Shown: piece by piece, positions 16,432 to 28,830 of the stretch
How the letters are laid out: every line of letters starts with the position of its first letter
Position numbering within the stretch: the first letter of the stretch is position 1
DNA from: Deltaproteobacteria bacterium
GTDB lineage: Bacteria > Myxococcota > Myxococcia > Myxococcales > JAHFDP01
NCBI GenBank assembly: GCA_023248955.1
Contig: JAHFDP010000011.1
Span: 6,056-70,055, forward strand
Length of the DNA stretch: 64,000 nucleotides
Direction: 5' to 3'
The notes under the pieces: generated by a model
What the model was told of the DNA's origin: nothing
Database searches by the model: none
What the model saw: only the letters and a program-made list of their open reading frames with translations
Program-made: the position numbers and the translations under genes

Positions 16432-18436
16432 ATCTTGGGGCGACTACCGCGCAGAAGCCACAACCCGGCGGAGGCACACAGGAGCGCGGCGCCGATCACG
16501 CCCGGCAATTCGAGCGCCGCTTTAACGGCGGGCACGCGCTCGGCAATCACCGCGAGCCCGTTGTTCGCGAAGTGCGCGATGGCGCCGACGAGCAGACTTC
16601 CCGACTCCAGCGTCGCAAAACCAAGCGCCAGTCCGAGAATCGCCGTCGGTAAGATGTGGTAAGGCGAGAGGTGCAAGAGACCAAACGCCAGCGCACTTCC
16701 GCCGATTGCCAATGCACGTGAACCGGTTCCCGAAAGGCCGGACATCACCACGCCTCGGAAGCAGATCTCTTCGCACACCGCCGGCAAGCCGGCGATGAGC
16801 AACACCGCCACGGGCAATGGATAGGCCAATGCCGCGCCGCCGACGGTTTTGGTGAGCTCATCGAAAAAGGGCTGCGCACCGGGAAGGAACGTAGCCTCGG
16901 CGGAAGTGACGAGCGCGCCGATCGCAAAGATGCCGGACGCCAGCAGCAACGTGCCCGCAAGCGCACGACGCGTCGGCAATCGGAGCGAAAGCGTGGACGC
17001 AAATTCGGCGCCGGAAAATTTCACCCAGAGCAGCGCCGGCACGAGGAGCAGCGCCACCTGCACCGCCGCGGTGCCACCTGCAAAACCGAGCTTCGCGGGA
17101 TCGGCCCACAGCGATCCGTAATAGACGAGCACCAAGAGCACGGTGGTGAAGAGCACGGCGCTGCCCGGACGCAAGGTGGCGCTGCTCGTTGCGCGTCTAC
17201 TGAAAATATCGCGCCACGGACGCTCACCGCCGAGGAGAACCTGCTCGCTCTCGAACACGCGCGCCGCGAAGAGCACCGCCATCGCCGCATAGGCGCTGCT
17301 GGCGACGAGCACCGTCATGTACATCACAGTGGTCATTTCGCCGACAAGGAGATCGCGCACCAAGAGCGCCAAATTGAGAATGGGCACCAGCGCCAAAGCG
17401 GCGGTCAGCTTCACGCCGGGAAGCGTGGCGGCGAAACCGGGCACGAGCAGCACCAGCATGAGCGGCGTGATGTAGTTTTGCGCTTCGCGAAAGCTGCGCG
17501 CGAAGATCGACAACGCGAGAAGCAGCGCCGCCAGCAGAAAAGCCGCGGGAAGCAGCGCCGCGAAGATGGCCACAAACGCTTTGGGACCCAACGTGAACGC
17601 CATCATCTTGCCATCGACCGCGGCTATCTGCCGCGAGAGCGCCAGGCCCATGGCGACGAGGTTGGCCACCGCGCTGGTGATGGCCACCAGCACCACCGCC
17701 AGATATTTGCCGGCCACGATTTCGATCGGCTTCACCGGTGCGCAGAGCAGCGTCTGCAACGTGCCGCGTTCCTTCTCGCCGGCGGTGGTGTCGATGGCCG
17801 GATAGACCGCGCCAAGCATCACCATGAGCAGGAGAATCATTGGCAACACGCGCCCCGCAAAGTCGCCGCCCTTCTGCTCTTTGCTGGCGACGTCCTTGAT
17901 GGTGAGCGTCAGCGGGCGATCGAAATGCGCGGGCAATCCGTGGTGCATCAAACGCAGTTTCAGCGCCGCATCGGAAACTTCCTCGAGCACATCGGAGACG
18001 CGATGTCGCGCGGCCCCGGAGTGCTCGCTGCTCAAGAGGGGATTGTAATAGAGCTCGATCGCCGCGCTCCCCTCGCCCTCGAACGCCGCCGCCGCGCCCT
18101 CGGGGGCCGCGAGCACCACGTCCGCTGTTTCATGTTCGATGAGCGAGCGCGCTTCCGCCTCCGGACCGGCCGGGGGCGTGGAGCGCCGCTCAACAATCTT
18201 GGCTGAAAGTTTCTGCTCCAAGGCCTGCGTGACCGCGGTGGGGAGCGTTCCCCAGATGGCGATAGCCGGCTTGACATTTTGATTCTTGGCGTTGAGCGCA
18301 GCCGTCACCTGCCCGAAGCCGAGCATGAGGATGGGCTGCACCAACGCGGGCAAGGCGATCATCGCAAAGAGCGTGCGCTTATCGCGCAGCGTCTCGGTCA
18401 GCTCCTTGCGGAAGATGGCCCAAACCGCACGCGGCC

Positions 18437-18440
<4 letters not shown>
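16416..18440 (-). CDS. ABC-2 type (NatB-like) permease fused to a C-terminal CPBP (CAAX-type) intramembrane protease domain
   Basis: A GTG at 18440 (GTGA overlap with the ATPase stop) gives VRPRAVWAIFRKELTETLRDKRTLFAMIALP... with a large extracytoplasmic loop and multiple TMs. The C-terminal part has LPAVCEEICFRGVV...AFGLLHL...AIAHFANN, the CPBP motifs. Confidence 0.8.
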
Positions 18441-19168
<728 letters not shown>

Positions 19169-19254
19169 GGACGAGGACGGTAACCCGCGTCCGTCGCGCG
19201 AACAAGAAATGGGGCGCGAGTACGGCGCGACCGAGATCGTGCGGGCAAATTTGA

Positions 19255-20859
<1,605 letters not shown>

Positions 20860-21104
20860 TAAAAAATCAAGTCGGTAGTCAACGCGTGCCGAGCAGAAAA
20901 GCGAGAGTCCCGGGAACGCGGCGCGCCCAGGCGACTTCGTTGTGCCAAGGCGAGGGCTGCATTGGCCGCTGGCGAAGGTTCGGTTTGCGCGGATGGATCC
21001 GAGGAAACGATGCCGTACGCAGTTAGGAAAAAAACGGCGGCGGAGGAAACGCGCATGGACGTTTCGATAGCAAGCGGAGAAGTGGCGTCAAGCGGCCTTG
21101 CGTT

Positions 21105-21734
21105 TTGCACTCACGCCGTGGTCGTCTCACACCCGTGCGCGAACAACCTTTCGCTGGCCTCATCCTCATTGGCGGCGCAAGCACTCGCTTTGGCGCCGAC
21201 AAAGCGCACGCCCTCTTCCACGGAGAGCCACTTCTCACCCGCGCCGTCCGCCGCGCGCTTCTCCTCTGCCCCACCGTGGCCGTCGTGGCGCCCGATCCCG
21301 AACGTTACCGATCGCTCGTTCCCGCGGGCACGGTGCTCCTCTCCGATGAAGGAGTCACGCCAACGCCGCTCGCAGGATTGACCGCCGGGCTGGCCTGGTG
21401 CCCCACTGCCGCCGCGTTTCTCTGGGCCTGCGACATGCCATTTTCGCAAGATCACGCGCTCGCCGCTGGGCTCTCCAGCGCGCTCGGCGATGCCGATGCC
21501 GCCGCACCCTGGTGGCGCGGTCACCCCGAGCCACTCTGTGCGCTCTACAAGACGAGCTGCCTCACAGCGGCGCGAATCCTCGCCGCAAATGGCGCCGGCC
21601 CACGCGCCTTGTTGCAACACGTGCGAACACATTTTTTCGATTACGCCGCCGCCTTTCCGAACGACACCCAAGCGCGTCCGCTGCAGGACGCCGATACGCC
21701 CGAGGCGCTCCGCGCCTTCTCCGCGGTCGAGTAA
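21105..21734 (+). CDS. mobA: Molybdenum cofactor guanylyltransferase (MobA-like)
   Basis: FAGLILIGGASTRFGADKAHALFHGEPLL...WACDMPF. A TTG start at 21105 or a GTG at 21135 are both possible. Confidence 0.75.
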   Translation: MHSRRGRLTPVREQPFAGLILIGGASTRFGADKAHALFHGEPLLTRAVRRALLLCPTVAVVAPDPERYRSLVPAGTVLLSDEGVTPTPLAGLTAGLAWCPTAAAFLWACDMPFSQDHALAAGLSSALGDADAAAPWWRGHPEPLCALYKTSCLTAARILAANGAGPRALLQHVRTHFFDYAAAFPNDTQARPLQDADTPEALRAFSAVE

Positions 21735-21925
21735 CTGACTTTCCGCATTGCACGGTGCGGGATCAGCCCTACTTTCTGCGCGTCAAAGAGAACCGCATCA
21801 GGTTTTCCAATTGGTCAGTGCCGTCCTCACGTAGTTCAACGTAGGAGAGTTTCAGTAGTGCGCGCGACTTACTGCGTCATTTCCCCTCGATAGATTGCGC
21901 GCCCTTTCATTGGTTCGGAGCACGA

Positions 21926-22513
21926 ATGCAACGCCATCAAGGAACTATTCTCGTGGTCGACGACGAAGCAGGTATTCGCGGATCCGTTCGCCGCCTTCTC
22001 GAACGACACGGCTACACCGTCTTCATGGCCGAAGAGGCCGGGCACGGACTCGCTCTGTTGAGCGAGCGCGACATCGATCTCGTTCTTTGCGACTACGACA
22101 TGCCGCGCGTGGACGGCCCCACTTTTCTTAAGCAGGTGGCAACGCAGTTTCCTCACGCGTGCCGCATTCTGATGAGCGGCCGCAGCGGCCTACACGCGGT
22201 GGGCAACGCCGATGGCGAGATCGATTGCGCCGTCGAGAAACCGTGGGACGATGCGGCGTTCGTTTCGCTGATCGATTTCGCACTCGGCCGTCGCACGGCG
22301 GAGCAACGCGGCCATCGCGTGATGTCGATGCTCCGCAGTCAAACCAAATTTCTACGCGACTTGGAGCGAAAAATTCCCGGCGTTGCCGCTGCGGTGCGGG
22401 ACGCCGAAAACGCGGTGATCTTCAACGAGGATGAGCTGAAGCTCCTGGAGCGGCAGGCCCCAGCGCGAAAGCAGCGCGTTCTCCCGCTGGGCAACGCGGG
22501 GAGCGCAGCGTGA
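21926..22513 (+). CDS. Response regulator receiver protein with ~70-aa C-terminal extension
   Basis: TILVVDDEAGIRGSVRRLLERHGYTVFMAEE...DLVLCDYDMPRVDGPTFLKQV...ILMSG...KPW. Typical REC domain. Confidence 0.88.
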   Translation: MQRHQGTILVVDDEAGIRGSVRRLLERHGYTVFMAEEAGHGLALLSERDIDLVLCDYDMPRVDGPTFLKQVATQFPHACRILMSGRSGLHAVGNADGEIDCAVEKPWDDAAFVSLIDFALGRRTAEQRGHRVMSMLRSQTKFLRDLERKIPGVAAAVRDAENAVIFNEDELKLLERQAPARKQRVLPLGNAGSAA

Positions 22514-23160
22514 GCGTCCCGACCCAACTCCGCGCGGATCTCATTGCGCTGCTCACCCACGACCTGCGCCGCCCGCTCGAGCAAGTGGTCTCCTATTTGG
22601 ATCTGCAGGACGTCCCCGCCGCGCGGGCTTCCGCCGAAAAATTACGCGAGGTCCTCGACGAAGTCCTTTTCGTCTGCCTCCTCGAAGAGAAATCGTTTCC
22701 AGTGCGCCGAACAGCCGTGGCCATTGCCGGCCTGGTTTCGAGCGCCTTGGCAGACGCGGAACACATCGCCCTCAAAAAGCGCGTCGAGCTCGTCTCCACT
22801 GTCGTCGGTGACCCAGTTGCTTCCTTCGACGGTCGACTCTTGCGCCGCGCGTTGGAGATCCTAATCGCCAGCGCGATTCGCGCCACGCCGCCGGCCTCCG
22901 ATGTGGTCGTGGCGGTGGAGACCACGTCCGCCATGCTCCGTGCAGAAGTCGCCGATCGCGGACCGATCTCCGAACGCAACGCGCAGTGGGAGCAACGCGA
23001 AGGCGAAGTCGCTGGACGCGTTCACGGCGGTTTCGGAGGCGACCTCTATTTGGTGGCGCGGGTGGCCTCGGCGCATGGCGGCAGTGTCACGCTTCGAGAA
23101 CGCCTTGGCGGCGGAACCATCGTGCGGCTCTGCCTCCCCGGCGACGGAGCACGGACATGA
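22510..23160 (+). CDS. Soluble histidine kinase core (HisKA plus HATPase_c), no sensor or TM region
   Basis: GTG start overlaps the upstream stop (GTGA). H-box is LLTHDLRRPLEQV. G-boxes are DRGPI...GGFGGDLYLV...GGSV. The N-box position reads EILIASAIRAT, apparently Ser where Asn is expected. Confidence 0.8.
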   Translation: MSVPTQLRADLIALLTHDLRRPLEQVVSYLDLQDVPAARASAEKLREVLDEVLFVCLLEEKSFPVRRTAVAIAGLVSSALADAEHIALKKRVELVSTVVGDPVASFDGRLLRRALEILIASAIRATPPASDVVVAVETTSAMLRAEVADRGPISERNAQWEQREGEVAGRVHGGFGGDLYLVARVASAHGGSVTLRERLGGGTIVRLCLPGDGART

Positions 23161-23816
23161 CCTACACGCTCGCCGTCGTCGACGATCACCAACTTTTTCG
23201 CGACGGCCTGCGCGCGCGGCTTTCGGCGCATCCCGATCTGCGCGTCGTCTCCGAAGCGGAAGACGCCCGCAGCGCCTACGAAGCGGTTGCCGCGCAGAAT
23301 CCCGACATGGTGGTGCTCGACGTGCTGCTGCCCGGCTCCACCGGACTCTCCGTCGCGCGCGAGTTGATTCGCACGCACCCCAAACTCAAAATCTTGATGA
23401 TGTCGGGCGATATCAACGAGGACGCGGTCGCCGAAGCGCTGGCGCTCGGCGCGAAGGGGTACGCGAGCAAAACGCAGCCAGCCGGCGAGCTGATCACCGC
23501 CATCCGCGCGGTAGCCCAGGGCCACTCCTACTTGGCGCCGCGCATCTCCCGCTTTCTCGTCGATGACTACCTGCGCCTGCGCCGCGGCGGCCAAGAACGC
23601 ACCGGACCACTGGGTGCGCTCTCGCCACGCGAGCGAGAAACTTTTGATCTGCTGGTGCGCGGCCACGGCAACGACCAGATCGCGCAGCAATTTCGGATCA
23701 GCAAACGGACGGTGGAGACGCACCGATCGCGGATCTTGCAGAAGCTACATGTCCATTCCGTGGCTGAATTATTTCGGTTCGCTGCGCGGCATGGGCTTTT
23801 GCAGCATGATGATTGA
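23157..23816 (+). CDS. NarL/FixJ-family response regulator (REC plus LuxR HTH)
   Basis: ATGA overlap with the kinase stop. MTYTLAVVDDHQLFRDGLRARL...MVVLDVLLPGSTG...LSPRERETFDLLVRGHGNDQIAQQFRISKRTVETHRSRILQKL. Confidence 0.9.
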   Translation: MTYTLAVVDDHQLFRDGLRARLSAHPDLRVVSEAEDARSAYEAVAAQNPDMVVLDVLLPGSTGLSVARELIRTHPKLKILMMSGDINEDAVAEALALGAKGYASKTQPAGELITAIRAVAQGHSYLAPRISRFLVDDYLRLRRGGQERTGPLGALSPRERETFDLLVRGHGNDQIAQQFRISKRTVETHRSRILQKLHVHSVAELFRFAARHGLLQHDD

Positions 23817-24034
23817 GGGCGAGCCTGCGGCTCCGGGCTGGTCTGATTTGTCACTTGGCGTGGGCGGAAATACTTTTTGCCTGCAGCGGGCTGTGGCCGA
23901 CGGCCGCCGCCCAGGCAAATTTTTTCTAAGGAAGCTGGGCGCGCACCGCGCGAGTGTGCGCTCCGTCACATTGCCAACACCGTCGACTATCGTATAGTTT
24001 ATTGGCCTTAAAGCCGCTCACTAGGGAGAACACG

Positions 24035-24958
24035 ATGACTCGAAAGCTTGCCTCCGTCCTTCTCGCCCTCGCCGCCACCGCATGTGGTCAAACGCAGAAG
24101 GTTGCCGCCATCGCGCTCGTGCTCACTCCAGCAGTGGCCGACCCGCGCACCTCGCCGGCCAAGCACATTCCGCCCATCGTCTCCGCGGCCGTCGTCTTCG
24201 GCGACTTGAAGCTCGATGCCTCGAATCCGCAAGACTTCAGCAAGGGCAGCTTCAACGGATCCACTGGCGCCAAAGTCTCGGTGACGTTCACCAACGCCGA
24301 CGGACTGCAGACCGTTGCGCTCGCCGACCTCGGCGGTGGCAAGTACGGCGTGCTCAACTCAGGCGAGACGCCGGTTCCGCAACCGCAAGCCAATCCCAAG
24401 ATTCCCGAGGATCCCAAGCTCACCTTCACACCGGGCAGCCAGTACAAATTCACGATTACCGCTTCGGATGGGCAGCAATATTTCGGCAAAGTGACGCCGG
24501 CCGAGCCGACCAAAATCAAGGAGCTCGAGGCCAGCGCCTCGGGCGTGACGGCCGTTCAGGGGACCGAGGGGCCTGGCCAGATCAACCAGCTCGACTGGCA
24601 CGTGAATGCCGACTTCACGGTGACGCGCGATCCCGCGCCTGCCGCCGGTACGACGCCCGACCTAGGCTTTGTCGCCGTCAGCAAGGTGAAGCTCGACGAT
24701 CCGACCAACCCGAAAAATTTCACCTGGGTAAACCTCGACAAGGACAGCACCAAGGACCTGATCGATCTGGTCTCCGGGCAGGATTCCAAGTGGCGCACGA
24801 CTTCGGTGACGGTCAAGGGCGACAAGGCGTTTCCGGAAGCTGGGCCCTATGCGGTGGCCATCTCGGTGGTTCAGAAAGGCGCCGTTTCGCAAAACCTGTT
24901 CACCGGATCGGCCTGCATCGCGGCCACGGGAAACGGCGGCATTCTGAACGTGAAGTAA
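24035..24958 (+). CDS. Lipoprotein of unknown function
   Basis: ATG 24035 gives MTRKLASVLLALAATACGQTQKV (lipobox). The rest is beta-rich and Thr/Pro-rich text with no recognised motif. Confidence 0.7.
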   Translation: MTRKLASVLLALAATACGQTQKVAAIALVLTPAVADPRTSPAKHIPPIVSAAVVFGDLKLDASNPQDFSKGSFNGSTGAKVSVTFTNADGLQTVALADLGGGKYGVLNSGETPVPQPQANPKIPEDPKLTFTPGSQYKFTITASDGQQYFGKVTPAEPTKIKELEASASGVTAVQGTEGPGQINQLDWHVNADFTVTRDPAPAAGTTPDLGFVAVSKVKLDDPTNPKNFTWVNLDKDSTKDLIDLVSGQDSKWRTTSVTVKGDKAFPEAGPYAVAISVVQKGAVSQNLFTGSACIAATGNGGILNVK

Positions 24959-24990
24959 TCATTCAAAAAGAAATCCATTACAAACGCGGC

Positions 24991-26031
24991 GTGCGCGCCG
25001 TCTCGGTACTTCTCTTCGCCTTCACCGTGACGGCGTGCGCGCCGCGAGTGGCGCTTCCCGATCTTTCCGCGCACGATCTCTTGTCGACTGCGCAGGTCGA
25101 TTTCCACATCGCTTTCGCACAAGGCGATCGGGAGAGCGAAACCGACCTACGCACGGCACTTGCCGCTGCCGCACCCAAGGTCGCGCGCTGGGGACATTTC
25201 TCCGATCCGGTCACGGTGCTGGTCTATCCCGATCACGAAAGTTTGGAGGCGGCCGTCGGTCGCGCCGGCTATCCGTGGCTGCGCGCGTGGACGCGTTACC
25301 GCACCATCTTTTTGCAATCGCCACGCTCGTGGGGAGTTCTCGGCGGTAGCGTGGCGCAGCTGACCGAGCTCGCTACGCACGAACTCACGCACTGCCTGAT
25401 GTACCAATTGGCTGCCACGGAACGGACCTGGGCCGACAAGGAGATCCCGCTCTGGTTTCGCGAAGGCATGGCTTCGGTCACCGCCGATCAGGGTTACCGC
25501 CGCCCGACCGCCGCCGAGTTGGCCCGCTTTCTGGCTGACCATCCCGGAGAAAATCCCGTGGCCGACGCCGACGCGATCTACCAGCGTGAAAGTGAAATCG
25601 TTTACGGCGCAGCGCACCGCGCCTTTGGGTTTCTGCTCGATCGCTACGGCGCGCCGTGCGTGGAGCGGATCCTCGCGCGAATGAAATCGGGCGCCCTGTT
25701 CAGCGACGCATTCCTGGCGGAGTGCCGAATCCCAATGCTCGACTTCGAGCGAGATTTTCTCAACTACCTGCGCTGGGGCGGCTGGCGACCCGGTATTACG
25801 TTGCAATACTTTCGTGATCACCCATTAAACAGTCCACGCACCACGGCCGCAATGGCCAGCGGCGTTCCGACGCCACGATCGAGGTGCGGTTCCAACGCTT
25901 CGGCGAAGAGCTCCGCGGTACCAAAACGCGCAGCGGGATCGGGATGCAGCGCGGTCATCAGCGCATCGGCGATGGCATCGGGAACGTCGGGGCGCCCTTC
26001 GCGCACATCGGGCGGACCCGCCAGCGCTTGA
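24991..26031 (+). CDS. Lipoprotein with HExxH zinc-metallopeptidase motif (gluzincin-like)
   Basis: GTG 24991 gives VRAVSVLLFAFTVTACAPR (lipobox). It has LATHELTHCLMYQ ... WFREGMASV (HExxH plus a downstream Glu). There is no stop until 26031, giving a 214-nt overlap with the convergent kinase, so the 3-prime end is uncertain. Confidence 0.65.
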   Translation: MRAVSVLLFAFTVTACAPRVALPDLSAHDLLSTAQVDFHIAFAQGDRESETDLRTALAAAAPKVARWGHFSDPVTVLVYPDHESLEAAVGRAGYPWLRAWTRYRTIFLQSPRSWGVLGGSVAQLTELATHELTHCLMYQLAATERTWADKEIPLWFREGMASVTADQGYRRPTAAELARFLADHPGENPVADADAIYQRESEIVYGAAHRAFGFLLDRYGAPCVERILARMKSGALFSDAFLAECRIPMLDFERDFLNYLRWGGWRPGITLQYFRDHPLNSPRTTAAMASGVPTPRSRCGSNASAKSSAVPKRAAGSGCSAVISASAMASGTSGRPSRTSGGPASA

Positions 26032-26714
26032 CGCGCGATCGTGTTTTGATTCGGCCCATCGAACGGCAACCCATTCGTGTAGAGCTCGTACAGCGTTACC
26101 GCGGCGCCCCAGAGATCGGCCAGCGGCGAGGTCGGTTCACCAGCCAAAACTTCTGGAGGAAGGTAGGCCGCCTTTCCGTAACGCGCACCACCACCGCCGT
26201 CCGCACGCGCGCGGGCGATGCCGAAATCACCGAGTTTGAGATCGCCCAAACGCGAGACGAAAAGATTCGACGGCGAAACATCGCAGTGGACCAGGCGCAG
26301 GAGCTTGCCGTCCGGCGTGAAGAGGCAGTGCGCGAACGCCAGCGCCTCGAGCAAGACGGTGACGAGATAAGTTCCACAATCGATGGGCAACACCATGCCG
26401 TGCCGCCGGGAGGTCTCGAGAATGGTGTGCAGATCGCGACCGTCGACCAGCTCCATGGCCAGAAAAAAAGTGTTGTCCAACTCGCCCGACTCGAAGACGC
26501 GAACGATGTTGGGATGGTGCAACCACTGCCCGAGCGCAGCCTCTCCGACGAAGAGCCGCGCCTGTTCACCGTCTCCGAGCGCGTCGGGAAGCAGGCACTT
26601 CAGCGCCACCTCGTCGCCCGCGCCAACGCCTTCGAGAATGCGCACGCGATAAACTTCGGCCATTCCGTCGCGACCGATCAGCGAGAGAAGCTCGTAGCAA
26701 CCGAAGCGCGGCAC
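25818..26714 (-). CDS. Ser/Thr protein kinase (Hanks-type, non-RD catalytic loop HCD)
   Basis: GTG at 26714 gives VPRFGCYELLSLIGRDGMAEVYR...VALKCL...LVHCDVSPSNLFV...LGDFGIA...LPPEVL... A kinase domain only, about 298 aa. Confidence 0.8.
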   Translation of the reverse strand: MPRFGCYELLSLIGRDGMAEVYRVRILEGVGAGDEVALKCLLPDALGDGEQARLFVGEAALGQWLHHPNIVRVFESGELDNTFFLAMELVDGRDLHTILETSRRHGMVLPIDCGTYLVTVLLEALAFAHCLFTPDGKLLRLVHCDVSPSNLFVSRLGDLKLGDFGIARARADGGGGARYGKAAYLPPEVLAGEPTSPLADLWGAAVTLYELYTNGLPFDGPNQNTIARQALAGPPDVREGRPDVPDAIADALMTALHPDPAARFGTAELFAEALEPHLDRGVGTPLAIAAVVRGLFNG

Positions 26715-26730
26715 AAGCGAAATTTTAGCA

Positions 26731-28797
26731 TTACTCGAGCGCCGTCGCCGCGCGGAGCGCCGCGCTACGCACGCGCGCGATCGGATCGAACTGCGCCAGT
26801 GCATGCAGCGCCGGCAGTGCGGATTTGAGGTGCAACGTGACCACCACTTCGCAGGCGGCGATGCGCACCGCGGGTTGATCGTGAATCAGTGCGTCGTTGA
26901 GTGCGACGCGCGCCCTTTCACTCGGAAACACAGCCAGCGCCTGGGTTGCCGCAACGGCCACGGCGGCGCGCTGGGCGAAGATCGCATCAATCAGCGCCGG
27001 CAGCGCGGCTTCGAGTTTGGCGTTGGCAAGAGCGGCGGCGGCGAGGGGCGCGGCGGATTGGCCCTCTTCCAACAGTTCCGTCAACACAGGCGCGACCTCG
27101 GCGCCGCCGAGCTGTCCCAACACGACCGCGGCCTCTTCGCGCAAACGCGGCTCGTCGGATCGCGCGGCGCGTGCCGCCACCTCCAACGCTTTCGCACGCG
27201 GAAGCGAAAGCGCAACCGCCAGCGCTTCCACGCGCACCTCGGGCAAATCGGCGAGCGCCACCTCCGCCTGCGCGCGCGCCGCGGCCTCGGACGATCGCGC
27301 CAATCCCCAAGCAGCCGCCGCTCGCAGCGTTGGATTCCGATCGTGCATGAGTGCGCTAAGCGCCGGAACGACACCTGGCGCGCGTAATGCTGCAGCGGCG
27401 CGGGCCAGTGCTTCAATCAAGACACGCTGCCCTGGACGGGACTCCGCATCCGGTGCGCCGCCATTCGAGAGCAGCGCCGCCAGACGTTGTTTGCCCCGCA
27501 CGTCCTTGGCACCCACGCTCTCGGGCGTTCCCGCATCCGCGCGCGAACCTCTTTCGTCGAGCATCGCCCCGAGCGACGCCCACTGCTCGACTTCGGCCGG
27601 CGGCGCACTGGAGGACGCCGAATCTGGGGTTGATATTTTCGCAAGTGCCTTGGATCGGGCGTTGGTCTCCGTCTCTAATCGATTCAGAATCGACGCGGCC
27701 GACGATTCGATTCCCAGCGCCGACAGCGCCCGCGCCGCACCAGCCGCAGCGCGCGCATCCGCATCCGAGAGAAGCGCCACTAGCGGCTGCGCCAGAACCG
27801 CTGCGGGGCGCGCGGACGCCGCCAAAACAAGCGCGGCCTCGAATGCCGCATTTTTTTCATGAAGCCGCGCGGCGAGCGCCTGCGCATCGACAACAGCGCT
27901 AGCATCGACCACCTCCTTCGCCGCTTCGCTCGACACGATGCGCGCCGCGATGGCCTCGAGCGCGCGCTTTCCCTCTGCACTCGCCGCGAGCGCACGCACC
28001 GCCGCCGCCGCCTCTTCTCCAGCGCCAGTAGCCATTTCCGAAAGCGCGGCACTGGCCGAAGGCGCACCACCCAACGTCGAGAGCGCCTGCGCGGCGGCCG
28101 CACGCACTAGCGCATCGCGTACACCAAGAAGGTGTACAAGCATGGTCGCCGCGGCAGGTTCACCACTTTCGCCAAGCCCACGCACCGCCGCCAACGCCAG
28201 CGGACCCGAACCCATCGTAAGTGCAGACAGCCGCGCCAAGGCTCGCTCCCCACCGAGTTGTCCCAGCGCGAGAACGGCCCCTTCCCGTTCCGCCGCCGCA
28301 CCATGATCGACCGTACGATCAGCCCATTTGCGCCGCGCTTCACCTTCCGCCTTCAACGCGTCCGCCAGCGACGCACCGCAGGCGACCAACGTATTCATCA
28401 GCGCCAGGCGCGTTCGCGCACCACTTCGACCAAAGGCCCGCAGCAGATGCTCACGTGCCGCCACACTCGGGTGGTGCGCTAGAGCAGCCGCCGCGGCCAC
28501 GCGCACCGACTCGTCCATATCCGAAAGCATGGCGCCGAGCGTTTCCACGGGCGTGTCGGTCTCGCGCGCACCCAGCGCCTCTGCCACGGCAAGCCGCACC
28601 GGGGCAGCGGTGTCATGCGCAGCGAGCTCCAGCGCGGTTTCGGCTTGCGCATCGCCGAACGCGGACAACGCACGCACCGCCTCCGCGCGCGTCCTAGGCG
28701 ATCCGGAAGCCAATTTGGAAACCAGCTGATCCCGTTCGCGCCCACGCGCACATGCGACGATCAACAACGCCGCTAGCGCGGCTCCCACGCGGTTCAT
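26731..28797 (-). CDS. HEAT-repeat (PBS-lyase-like) Ala-rich lipoprotein
   Basis: MNRVGAALAALLIVACARG (lipobox), followed by many repeats of the type xxxVRxAAAxALGxLGxxxAxxxLxxLLxD. Confidence 0.75.
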   Translation of the reverse strand: MNRVGAALAALLIVACARGRERDQLVSKLASGSPRTRAEAVRALSAFGDAQAETALELAAHDTAAPVRLAVAEALGARETDTPVETLGAMLSDMDESVRVAAAAALAHHPSVAAREHLLRAFGRSGARTRLALMNTLVACGASLADALKAEGEARRKWADRTVDHGAAAEREGAVLALGQLGGERALARLSALTMGSGPLALAAVRGLGESGEPAAATMLVHLLGVRDALVRAAAAQALSTLGGAPSASAALSEMATGAGEEAAAAVRALAASAEGKRALEAIAARIVSSEAAKEVVDASAVVDAQALAARLHEKNAAFEAALVLAASARPAAVLAQPLVALLSDADARAAAGAARALSALGIESSAASILNRLETETNARSKALAKISTPDSASSSAPPAEVEQWASLGAMLDERGSRADAGTPESVGAKDVRGKQRLAALLSNGGAPDAESRPGQRVLIEALARAAAALRAPGVVPALSALMHDRNPTLRAAAAWGLARSSEAAARAQAEVALADLPEVRVEALAVALSLPRAKALEVAARAARSDEPRLREEAAVVLGQLGGAEVAPVLTELLEEGQSAAPLAAAALANAKLEAALPALIDAIFAQRAAVAVAATQALAVFPSERARVALNDALIHDQPAVRIAACEVVVTLHLKSALPALHALAQFDPIARVRSAALRAATALE

Positions 28798-28830
28798 CGC
28801 AAATTCCTTACAACCATTTTTTTTGCGGGT

